A DNA stretch of 64,000 bases. Origin: Alphaproteobacteria bacterium. GTDB taxonomy: Bacteria > Pseudomonadota > Alphaproteobacteria > Bin95. The stretch is from assembly GCA_965205265.1 (NCBI GenBank), contig CBDBGH010000003.1, positions 928,001 through 992,000 of the forward strand, read 5' to 3'. The position numbers were made by a program, and so were the translations under genes. The notes below the pieces were generated by a model. It made no database searches. It saw only the letters and a list, made by a program, of their open reading frames with translations, and was not told the DNA's origin. Each line of letters starts with the position of its first letter. The first letter of the stretch is position 1. Shown piece after piece: positions 51,142 through 59,606 of the stretch.

Positions 51142-51490
51142 CTGCCGCATTCATGCCGGCATGCTTCTCTTCCCCTACTTTCCAGCTTTGCAGCACATGA
51201 ACAATTTCCGATACTTCTAAATTTTGTTCCCTGTATGGGCTTGACATCTGGCGGATTGTGGTATGACGGCTCCCAGGGAAGCGGACTCCGGAGCCGCCTC
51301 CCCCGGGTGCTGCGCAGCGCCATTTTTGAAAACACCCGAGAAGCCAACGGGAGACGTGCGTCCTGTGCTTCGCGCGCGCAATCAGGCGCGCAAACCGCGC
51401 CGCCGCGAAATGCGCGCCGGCGGGCGCGGGCTCAGGCGCGCAGGATACGCGCGAAACAGGGACCCGCTCCCCGTCGGAGGAGGAGAGACG

Positions 51491-52087
51491 ATGACCGCAA
51501 CCGACCCCCGCCCCGAACTGGCGGCGATGCTGGCCGAAAAGCTGGCACCGGCCGCCGCAGCCCTCGCCGCCGCCTATGCGGAAGATATGAACGCAGCGCC
51601 GCCGCCGGAGGACGACCGCGCCCTTGCCGAACATCACCGCGCCGGACGCGCCGCGCTCTCGCATCTGCGCCAGCTCCTCAACGTGCTCGACTGGGCCGCC
51701 ACCCGCATGCCCGAGCCGGAGCCTTTGCCTGCCGGGGAGACGGCGGACGACCTCGACGACTGGGCGCCGGAGCCGGAACCGGAGACCGGCTATGACGGCA
51801 GCGAGGACGAATACCACTATTTCGACGAGGTCTATGTCGGCAGCCAGCAGACGCCGGAGTTCCGGGCCTGGCATGCGGAGCAGGAGCGCCGCTTCGGGCC
51901 GCTGGTGCCGGACGAGGACAGTTACGACGGCAGCGAGGACTACTACAACTTCGGCGAGCGCCAGTATGTGGGCAAGCTGACCACGCCTGAGTTCTACGAC
52001 TGGCTCGCCCGCCAGGAACGCCGCGAGGCCGCAGAACTCGCCGCAAGAGAAGCCGCAGAAGGAGGCGGGAGCGTCGGCGGGCGGTAG
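51491..52087 (+). CDS. orphan acidic protein with two 34-aa internal repeats
   Basis: GGAGGAGGAG RBS, 198 aa, host-like codon usage; repeats at 51791-51892 and 51923-52024. Confidence 0.75.
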   Translation: MTATDPRPELAAMLAEKLAPAAAALAAAYAEDMNAAPPPEDDRALAEHHRAGRAALSHLRQLLNVLDWAATRMPEPEPLPAGETADDLDDWAPEPEPETGYDGSEDEYHYFDEVYVGSQQTPEFRAWHAEQERRFGPLVPDEDSYDGSEDYYNFGERQYVGKLTTPEFYDWLARQERREAAELAAREAAEGGGSVGGR

Positions 52088-52247
52088 GGCCTCGCGCCGC
52101 AAGGGGCAGCGCTCGCCGAGAGAGGTCCCGGATCGACGCTGACGCGCCGTCCGGGACAACGGGAGAGGCTTGAAAGGAAATCGAAGAGCGGACGGCTTCA
52201 TGCCCGAAACGACTACAGCATATGACTCCGGCGCATACAAAACATGA

Positions 52248-52495
52248 GGGGCTTATATGGATAGGTTGACAACAGGTTTGGGAGGCTTCGCACCTTCTCT
52301 CCGGCGTCCAACCCGCCCCCATATCGTCATACCCGGACTTGTTCCGGGTATCCATGCGGCCGTCCGGCGGCAGCGGTGGAGAGAGATACCCGGAACAAGT
52401 CCGGGTATGACGGAGGGGACGTGACGGAGGGGGCGTTGAGGTATGACGGAAGAAATGTCGTCGGTCTCCCCCGTCAACCTATCCATATAAGCCCC
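52248..52495. mobile_element. 248-bp MITE, probably IS1595-family derived
   Basis: Perfect 23-bp TIR GGGGCTTATATGGATAGGTTGAC (52248-52270 / 52473-52495); 8-bp TSD AAACATGA (52240-52247 / 52496-52503); no transposase. Confidence 0.9.
52325..52412. repeat. REP-like palindromic doublet inside the MITE
   Basis: Perfect 28-bp inverted arms CGTCATACCCGGACTTGTTCCGGGTATC (52325-52352 / 52385-52412); each arm is itself a hairpin. Confidence 0.85.
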
Positions 52496-52567
52496 AAACA
52501 TGACATATCATGACGCCTGCCGGGTGTGGGCTGTTATGCGTCCTCGCTGCCCATGGCTCCCGCGGCC

Positions 52568-53515
52568 TCAACCGTATTTGGCCGCATAGCCGCCGTCGGC
52601 CTGCGGTTCGACGAAATGGACCAGCAGGCCGCCGCCGAAATTGGATGGGTGGACGAAGCCGATCAGCGAGCCGCGCCCGCCGGGCCGGCCTTCGAGGTCG
52701 ATCATGCGCCAGCCGTCACCGGCAAGCTTCGGCAGCAGCGCGTCGATATCGCGCGTGGCGAAGGCGACATGCGCGAGACCCGGCCCCCGCCGCGCCACGA
52801 ATTTCGCGATCGCGCTCTGGTCGCCCTTGGTATTGCCCTTCTCCTCGCCGAGCCCGTCCCTGGGCTTCAGCGCCGGGTCGTAATCCATCAGCAGTTCGAG
52901 ATCGCAGTCGCCGATGGCGATGAACACGTCGCGCAGCCCGCCCAGAATCTCCGCCGGGCGCGAATGATAGACCGCGCCGTATTTGTCGGAGACGAAGCTC
53001 TCGGTCACGTTGCGAATCTCGACGTCGGTCTGCCTGCTTTCGACGGGACAGCCGAGATTGCCCGAGAAAACGCGCACCGTGGCGTCATTGTCGTCGGTGG
53101 CGACGCCGAGATGGTCGATCTTGTAGGCGGGACCGTCGGCCGAGGGGACGTCCAGCGGCTCGATGAAGCGGGTGCGGATGCCGACGGTCTCCCGCGGATC
53201 GACGACAACGAACCGCCTGCCGTCCGGCCCCGCGCCCTCGGCCGTGACCGTGAGGCCGTGCCGGGCGGCGGTGCCGGCGGGGTCCGGCGCGGCCAGCGCC
53301 ATGTGGTGGACGCCCGGGAATTGCGGCTCTTCCAGATAGGAGTCGTAAGGGTCGAACAGCGCCACCGCCGATCTGCCGACGCCGAAAAACGGAACGGTGC
53401 GGCCGCCCAGCGCCACATCGGTCCGCTCCAGGCCGAGCGAGCCGCCGAGGAACCGGCAGGCGGCTTCCGCGTCGCGGGCCGCCAGCGCCAGGTAGTTGAG
53501 CGCATAACCGGCCAT
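52568..53515 (-). CDS. two-domain VOC family protein (methylmalonyl-CoA epimerase-like C-terminal domain)
   Basis: GVHHMALA, KIDHLGVA, SAIAKFVARRGPGLAHVAF, IGFVHP...LVHFVE. Confidence 0.82.
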   Translation of the reverse strand: MAGYALNYLALAARDAEAACRFLGGSLGLERTDVALGGRTVPFFGVGRSAVALFDPYDSYLEEPQFPGVHHMALAAPDPAGTAARHGLTVTAEGAGPDGRRFVVVDPRETVGIRTRFIEPLDVPSADGPAYKIDHLGVATDDNDATVRVFSGNLGCPVESRQTDVEIRNVTESFVSDKYGAVYHSRPAEILGGLRDVFIAIGDCDLELLMDYDPALKPRDGLGEEKGNTKGDQSAIAKFVARRGPGLAHVAFATRDIDALLPKLAGDGWRMIDLEGRPGGRGSLIGFVHPSNFGGGLLVHFVEPQADGGYAAKYG

Positions 53516-53518
53516 GGG

Positions 53519-54445
53519 TCAGACCTCCTCGCGCTGGACGAAATGCATCAGCACGCCGCCGATCATGGTGGGATGCATGAAGCCGATGAGCGCGCGGCGG
53601 GAGCCCGGCCGGCCGACCGTGTCGATGGTCCGGTGGCCCGCCGCGCGGAGCGTCGCCAGCGACCCGGCCACGTCCGGCGTCTTGAAGGCGATGTGGTGCA
53701 GCCCCGCGCCGCGCGCCGCGATGTAGCGCGCGATGGCGCTGCGGTCGCCGCGCGTGTTGCCGGCCGCGTCGTGCCGCGCCGCATCGGCCTCGACGCCCGT
53801 CGTCAGGTCCTGGATGAACTCCAGCTCCGTGTCGCCGACGGTGATGAAGGTCACCCGCATGCTGCCGACCAGATGCGACGGCCGCGTGTGGAAAATGTAG
53901 TTGTAGGTGTCCGAGGTGAAATTCTCCGAGATCGTCTCGTTTTCGCTGTCGGTCTGCTGGCTCTCATAGACGCAGCCCAGCCCGTCGATGAACGCCTCGC
54001 GCGCCGCCTCGTTATCGGCCGACGCCACGCCCAAATGGTCGATCCGCTCGACCATCGCGGACGAACCGGATCCGGCGCCGAGCGGCGCGGCAAGGCGTGT
54101 GCGCACCCCGGCCGTCGCCTCCGGCGAAAGCGCCACCTGCGGCCCGCCGCCCAGGCCCTCCGAGACGCCGCCCGCCGTCGGGATGCCGGACTCCCGGGCG
54201 GCTGCCTCGGGGTCCGCGGTGGCAATGGCCATATGGTGGACACCCTTCTTCGCATCCGGCCCGAGAAACGGGTCGTCCGGGCGGAAAAGGGCAAGCGCCG
54301 AGCGCCCGACCGAGACCACGGGCACACGGGAGCCGCCGCAGGCGAAGTCCTGCCGCGGCAACTGGAAATCCTTCTCGAAGATCGCCGCGCTGGCCTCCGG
54401 CTCATCGACGGCAAGCGCCACATAGGCAAGGTCGGGAGCGGCCAT
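53519..54445 (-). CDS. two-domain VOC family protein, paralog of neighbour
   Basis: GVHHMAIA, RIDHLGVA, SAIARYIAARGAGLHHIAF, IGFMHP...LMHFVQ. Confidence 0.82.
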   Translation of the reverse strand: MAAPDLAYVALAVDEPEASAAIFEKDFQLPRQDFACGGSRVPVVSVGRSALALFRPDDPFLGPDAKKGVHHMAIATADPEAAARESGIPTAGGVSEGLGGGPQVALSPEATAGVRTRLAAPLGAGSGSSAMVERIDHLGVASADNEAAREAFIDGLGCVYESQQTDSENETISENFTSDTYNYIFHTRPSHLVGSMRVTFITVGDTELEFIQDLTTGVEADAARHDAAGNTRGDRSAIARYIAARGAGLHHIAFKTPDVAGSLATLRAAGHRTIDTVGRPGSRRALIGFMHPTMIGGVLMHFVQREEV

Positions 54446-54475
54446 GAGTCCTCCGTTCGGCTCTTGAGGCAGGCC

Positions 54476-55252
54476 TCAAACGATCTCCAACTCCACCGTG
54501 CCCAGCGCCTCGTGGGTATAGACGGCGCGGTTGCCGGCTTCCAGGAACTGGGTCGGGACGATGGAACCCGTCATCACAAGTTCGCCGGCGCGCAGCGGGC
54601 GGCCGCGGGCGATGGCGTTGTTGGCCAGCCAGGCGAGCGGCTCGAAGGGATGGCCCATGGCGTCGCCGCCCCGACCCTCGCCCACGGGCTTGCCGTCGAT
54701 CTCCAGGCTGCCGCGCGCGCCCACGAGGTCGAGCGCCTGCCAGTCGGAGACTTCCGCGCCGACCGCCACGCCGCCGTTCCAGGCATTGTCGGCGATCAGC
54801 TCGAAGGCGTTCATGTTGTTGTAGTCGGCCTCGCGGTCGTCGATGAGCTCGAAGGCGGCCGCGACCGCGCCGACATGAGCGGCCACGCTCTCCCGCGTCC
54901 AGGGCCGGCCCGTGTCCGGCAGATCGTCGGCAAGGCGCACCATCGCCTCGCATTCGAGCCCGATGCGCATCAGCGCCGAGCGCGCCAGCGTCGCCGGCGA
55001 GCGGTGGACGCGTTCGGCGAAGATCGCGCCGGCGCAGGGCTGGTCGATGCCGGGCACGACGCGGCGCATGGCGGCGGAGGTGAGCGCCACCTTCCAGCCG
55101 GCCACGGGCAGGCCGAAGCCGGCGACGAGCGCTTCCTGGACACTGTAGGCCTCGTCCTCGGATTTGGGCGCGATGCCGGCGGGCAGGCGCTCAAAACGCC
55201 GGCCCTCGCGGTGCGCGGCAAGCAGGAAGTCCGCTGCTGCCTGGACGCTCAC
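54476..55252 (-). CDS. FAH superfamily hydratase (2-keto-4-pentenoate hydratase-like)
   Basis: AYSVQ, GWKVALTS, GLECE, AFELIDDR, ADNA, MGHP, VMTGS. Confidence 0.85.
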   Translation of the reverse strand: MSVQAAADFLLAAHREGRRFERLPAGIAPKSEDEAYSVQEALVAGFGLPVAGWKVALTSAAMRRVVPGIDQPCAGAIFAERVHRSPATLARSALMRIGLECEAMVRLADDLPDTGRPWTRESVAAHVGAVAAAFELIDDREADYNNMNAFELIADNAWNGGVAVGAEVSDWQALDLVGARGSLEIDGKPVGEGRGGDAMGHPFEPLAWLANNAIARGRPLRAGELVMTGSIVPTQFLEAGNRAVYTHEALGTVELEIV

Positions 55253-55650
55253 ACGCCCATCTCCTCGAACACTTTCGAGGCCTCGCGGAACGCCTCGACC
55301 GCAGCCGGGACGCCGGCATAGATGCCGACCTGCAGGAACACCTCGGCGATTTCCTCCTTGGTGACGCCGTTGTTGAGGGCGCCGCGCGTGTGCAGGCGGA
55401 GCTCGTGGGTGCGCCCGAGGGCGGCCAGCATGGTCAGGTTCATGATGCTGCGGGTCTTGTCCGGCAGGCCGTCGCGGCACCACACCGTGCCCCAGCAATA
55501 TTCGGTGACGAATTGCTGGAGCTGGTGGGCGAAATCGTCCTCCGCGCCCCTGGCGATGGAAGGGCCGACATACTCCTCGCCGAGCACCCGGCGGCGGGCT
55601 TCCAGGCCCTGCTCGAAGCCGGGCGTGCGGTTGTAGCTGCTGAGGTCCAT
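55249..55650 (-). CDS. carboxymuconolactone decarboxylase family protein
   Basis: GLEARRRVLGEEYV, EYCWGTVWCR, HTRGALNNG, YAGVPAA. Confidence 0.9.
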   Translation of the reverse strand: MDLSSYNRTPGFEQGLEARRRVLGEEYVGPSIARGAEDDFAHQLQQFVTEYCWGTVWCRDGLPDKTRSIMNLTMLAALGRTHELRLHTRGALNNGVTKEEIAEVFLQVGIYAGVPAAVEAFREASKVFEEMGV

Positions 55651-55964
55651 GGTCCTGTTCGCTCCGTTTCGGTCCCCCGCAGCAAAGCCCATTCCCGCCC
55701 TGCGCTCAAGCGGGGTTCGAGACACGGCAACCGAATTCAAGCGCGGCTTTCGAGCATGGTGGAAGGAAAGGAAACATCCACAAACGCTGTCACCCCCGTC
55801 TGTTCCCGTCCCCGAGCAGGGAAGGCGGGCCCGGCCCCGGTTCTCGCGGCAGCCCCGGACCGCCAGGACAGGCCCCGGCGGTCCGGCCCGCTCTCCACCG
55901 GCTGCGGCGGCATCGAAGGCCAGAGCGGCGATTCGAGTCCGAACCGGAAATATGTATCTATTGG

Positions 55965-56497
55965 AATAGGTTCCGATAAAATTCAGAATATTCGGGCTAT
56001 ATTTCTCTTATAGTAATTGCATTTTCAGAAAATGTGGTATGATGATCCGAAGGAAGAGGCATCAGCGGACCGCTTCCTGCCCGCGCCGGCCCGGCGTGGA
56101 CCGACCCCGATTCAGCCGACGGGCGAGGTGAGCCCTGCATCCGTCTCGCGCGCAATCAGGTGCGCGAACCGCGCCGGCGCGAAACGCCCGCCCGCCCGCG
56201 CACGGGCGCGCACGCGATACGCGCGAAACAGGGTCCTGCCGTTCCGGGACGCCCGGGGGGGGGGGTGGCGCCAACGCCGCCATCCGGAATGTTCGCTGCG
56301 TTCGGCACGGTGGCGGGAAAAACGGAACAATGACGGATCGAAAGGAAGGGCCATGTCGAAGAGACGGAGCCGGGGGAACCCGGATGCGATACCCGGAACT
56401 CGAGCCCGAAGCGACGGCGTCATGCCTGGAAGGACCACAGGATATGCATCGTAAACATGCAGATCATGACATTTCATGACGTATCGCCGGGGTGCGG
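55965..56497 (+). repeat. copy B of unnamed dispersed element, lacking the ORF; boundaries approximate
   Basis: Same ordered motifs as 51200-52530 at 55971, 56033, 56147, 56216 and 56465. Confidence 0.7.
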
Positions 56498-56547
56498 CTC
56501 ATAACATGCCGCTCGGGTCCTCCTCCCGACCGGTGCGAAGCGCGCGG

Positions 56548-57657
56548 TCAGGAGAGTACGGAGATCGTCTTCGCCCGGATGAGGTCGAAGTCGATGGCGG
56601 CGCCGAGGCCGGGCGTTTCGGGCGCGTGGACCCGCCCGTCGCCGTCCACGACGATTTCCTCCGCGAGGCCGTAGCGGTGGGCGCCGTCGGGCATCAGCAC
56701 CTCGAACATCTCCGTGTTCGGGATCGAGCAGATGAGATGCAGGTTCGCCATGTTGTTGAGCGAATTGCCGCCGTGATGGACCTCGTAGGACATGTGGAAG
56801 GCCTCGGCGAGATGGGCGGTCTTGAGGCAGGCGGTGAGCCCGCCCTTCACCGCCACGTCGCCGCGCAGATAGTCGGTGGCCTGCAGCAGCAGCCAGGGCG
56901 CATAGGCCTGGAAGCCGCCGGGACTGTATTCCGTCGCGAGGATCGGGATGTCGAGCTTCTGGCGCAGCTTGATGTAGTTGGTGATGTCGTCGTCGGCGAG
57001 CGGGTCCTCGTACCAGTAGAAGCCGAGCCGCTCCGCCGCCCGGCCGACGCGCATCGCCGCCGGGTAGTCGTAGGACCAGGTGCTGTCCAGCATGATGCGG
57101 TAACCGTCGCCGACCGCCTTGCGCACGGCTTCGCAGACGCGGATATCCTCGTCCGGGTCGGTCGGCGGGTGGATCTTGTAGGCCTTCCAGTTCGCGTCGC
57201 GGAAGGAGACCGCCTCCTCGGCATAGGCTTCGGGCGAGGCGAGCACGGCGGAGCTGGCATAGGCGGGCGCGCTCGTCCTAACCGTGCCCATCAGCCGGTG
57301 GATCGGCAGGCCCGCCGCCTTGCCGGCGATGTCCCAGAGCGCGATATCGACCGCGCCGATCGCCCGCCAGGTGGTGTTACGGTTGCGTGCTGTCAGCCCA
57401 AGGTAAAGCCTCTCGCGGTCGAGCGGGTTCTCGCCCATCACCTGCGGCTTGAGGAAGCGGATGAGCGAATCGGCGTCGCTCGCCGCGCCCCGGCTGGCCG
57501 AGCCAAGAAACGCGTGGCCCTCGATCCCGTCATCCGTGCGGAGCGTCAGCAGGCCGAGTTCGCTCCGGCCCTGGAAGGTCCCCGTATGGCTGCCATAGGT
57601 TGTCGCCGGGATGTCGTCCCAGGCGAACAGGGTGAGTGTCACATCGTCGATCTTCAT
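56548..57657 (-). CDS. mandelate racemase/muconate lactonising enzyme family protein
   Basis: AIGAVDIALWDIAGK, YKIH, IMLD, WYEDP, ATE, EVHHGGN, PGLG. Confidence 0.88.
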   Translation of the reverse strand: MKIDDVTLTLFAWDDIPATTYGSHTGTFQGRSELGLLTLRTDDGIEGHAFLGSASRGAASDADSLIRFLKPQVMGENPLDRERLYLGLTARNRNTTWRAIGAVDIALWDIAGKAAGLPIHRLMGTVRTSAPAYASSAVLASPEAYAEEAVSFRDANWKAYKIHPPTDPDEDIRVCEAVRKAVGDGYRIMLDSTWSYDYPAAMRVGRAAERLGFYWYEDPLADDDITNYIKLRQKLDIPILATEYSPGGFQAYAPWLLLQATDYLRGDVAVKGGLTACLKTAHLAEAFHMSYEVHHGGNSLNNMANLHLICSIPNTEMFEVLMPDGAHRYGLAEEIVVDGDGRVHAPETPGLGAAIDFDLIRAKTISVLS

Positions 57658-57746
57658 GGGGCGCCGCGCCCTCCTGCCATCTTGAACCGCGGCGCGAAGC
57701 GTCTCATATGCCGGGCCGGGACGGAACAGGCGGAAGGACACACGCG

Positions 57747-59600
57747 ATGAGCGAAGAGCGCCAGGCGTTTCAGGCGGAGGTCGGACGCATTCTCGATCTC
57801 ATGGTGCACTCGGTCTATTCGGACAAGGAAATCTTCCTGCGCGAGCTGATCTCGAATGCGGCGGACGCCTGCGACCGGCTGCGCTACCGCGCCATCGCCG
57901 AGCCGGAATTGCTGGACGGGGACGCCGAATTCCGCATCCGCATCGAGGTGGACAAGGAGGCGCGCACCATCGCCGTCGCCGACAATGGCGAAGGCATGGG
58001 CCGGGAGGAGCTGGCGGAAAATCTCGGCACTATCGCGCGCTCGGGCACCGCGGCTTTCGCCGACAGGCTGACCGGCGACGCCAAGAACGACGTGGCGCTG
58101 ATCGGCCAGTTCGGCGTCGGCTTCTATTCCGCCTTCATGGTGGCGGAGCGGGTGCAGGTGGTCTCGCGCGCCGCCGGGGCGGAAGAGGCGTTCGCCTGGG
58201 AGTCGGACGGGCGGGGCGAATTCACCGTCTCGGAGGCGGAATGGGACGCGCGCGGCACCGAGGTCCGGTTGCATCTGAGGGAGGGCGAGGACGAGTTCCT
58301 GGAGCCGGCCCGGCTCCGGTCTGTGGTCAAGACCTATTCGGATCACATCGCCATCCCGGTGGAGATGGACGGCGAGACCGTCAACGAAGCCTCCGCCCTC
58401 TGGACCCGGCCGCGGAACGAGATCGAGCCGGAGCAATATGCCGAGTTCTACCGCCATGTCGGCCATACCTTCGACGAACCGTGGCTCACCTTGCATTTCC
58501 GCGCCGAGGGCGTGATCGAATATGCGGGCCTCCTGTTCGTGCCGACATCGCGACCGTTCAACCTCTTCCACCCGGACCGCAAATCCGCGCTCAAGCTCTA
58601 TGTGAAGCGCGTCTTCATCACGGACGACGCGCCGGAGCTGGTCCCGGGCTGGCTGCGCTTCCTGCGCGGCGTCGTGGACAGCGAGGACCTGCCGCTCAAC
58701 CTCTCGCGCGAGATGCTGCAACGGAACCCCGTGCTCCGGCGCATCCGCGACGGGCTGGTGCGCCGGGTGCTGGGCGAACTCAAGACGAAGGCTGAGGCGG
58801 ACGAAAAAGGCTACGAGACCTTCTGGGACGCCTTCGGGCCTGTGCTCAAGGAAGGGCTCTACGAGGACGCCGGCCAACGCGAGGCGCTGCTGGAGCTGGC
58901 GCGCTTCCGCTCGACCGCTTCGGAGGGCTGGACGACGCTCGCCGGCTATGCCGAGCGGATGCGCGAGGGCCAGGAGGCGATCTACTACATCGCCGGCGAG
59001 GAGGGCGCTGGGCTTGCCGGCAGCCCGCATCTGGAGGGCTTCCGCGCCCGCAAGGTCGAGGTGCTGCTGCTGCAGGACCCGGTGGACGATTTCTGGGTGC
59101 CGGCCGTCGGCGAGTATGAGGGCCGGCCCTTCGTCTCGGTTTCGCGCGGCGGCATCGACCTCGGCGCCATTCCGCCCGCTGAGGACGGGGCGCCGAAGGA
59201 GGAGGACGGGCCGGCGGCCGATATCGCTTCGCTGGTCGCGCTGCTCAAGGTCACGCTGGGCGAGGCGGTCAAGGACGTGCGCGGCTCGGAGGCGCTCACT
59301 GAAAGCGCGGTGCGCCTGGTGGCGGACGAGGGCGACATGGACCTGCATCTGGAGCGGATGCTGCGCCGTCACGGCCAGATCGACGGCGCGGCGTCGCGCC
59401 GCGTGCTGGAGCTCAATCCCCGACACCGGCTCGTGCAGGGCCTTGCGCGTTCCATGGCGGCCGGGGAGGACCGGGCCGCGCAGCTCGCGCCGCTGCTGCT
59501 GGACCAGGCGCGCATTGCCGAGGGTGAGGCGCCGGAAGACCCCGCCGCCTTCGCCCGCCGCCTCGCCGACGCGCTCGCGGACAGCCTGCCCGGCGAGTGA
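57747..59600 (+). CDS. htpG: molecular chaperone HtpG (Hsp90)
   Basis: FLRELISNAADA, DNGEGM, LGTIARSG, IGQFGVGFYSAF, DSEDLPLN. Confidence 0.97.
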   Translation: MSEERQAFQAEVGRILDLMVHSVYSDKEIFLRELISNAADACDRLRYRAIAEPELLDGDAEFRIRIEVDKEARTIAVADNGEGMGREELAENLGTIARSGTAAFADRLTGDAKNDVALIGQFGVGFYSAFMVAERVQVVSRAAGAEEAFAWESDGRGEFTVSEAEWDARGTEVRLHLREGEDEFLEPARLRSVVKTYSDHIAIPVEMDGETVNEASALWTRPRNEIEPEQYAEFYRHVGHTFDEPWLTLHFRAEGVIEYAGLLFVPTSRPFNLFHPDRKSALKLYVKRVFITDDAPELVPGWLRFLRGVVDSEDLPLNLSREMLQRNPVLRRIRDGLVRRVLGELKTKAEADEKGYETFWDAFGPVLKEGLYEDAGQREALLELARFRSTASEGWTTLAGYAERMREGQEAIYYIAGEEGAGLAGSPHLEGFRARKVEVLLLQDPVDDFWVPAVGEYEGRPFVSVSRGGIDLGAIPPAEDGAPKEEDGPAADIASLVALLKVTLGEAVKDVRGSEALTESAVRLVADEGDMDLHLERMLRRHGQIDGAASRRVLELNPRHRLVQGLARSMAAGEDRAAQLAPLLLDQARIAEGEAPEDPAAFARRLADALADSLPGE

Positions 59601-59606
59601 CGGGAT

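Larger units (their letters stand above)
51200..52530 (+). repeat. copy A of unnamed dispersed element (promoter-like motif, structured leader, ORF, conserved 3' block); boundaries approximate
   Basis: Shares TTCCGATA, TGTGGTATGA, CGCGCGCAATCAGG, GATACGCGCGAAACAGGG and CATGACATWTCATGACG in the same order with 55965-56497. Confidence 0.7.

Noticed and set aside
51791-52024. Repeat pair as a DGR template/variable repeat or a CRISPR array
   Set aside because: Differences are not adenine-specific, both repeats are in one reading frame, and there is no reverse transcriptase, cas gene or repeat-spacer periodicity in the window.
55970-55984. GTTC-N7-ATTC as an alphaproteobacterial LexA box
   Set aside because: One half-site mismatches and copy A has no equivalent with correct spacing.
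56112-56477. Minus-strand ORF MKCHDLHVYDAYPVVLPGMTPS, similar to reconstructed MICHVLYAPESYAVVVSGMKPS in copy A
   Set aside because: Substitutions between the copies are spread over all codon positions, so the similarity looks nucleotide-level; not called as a CDS.
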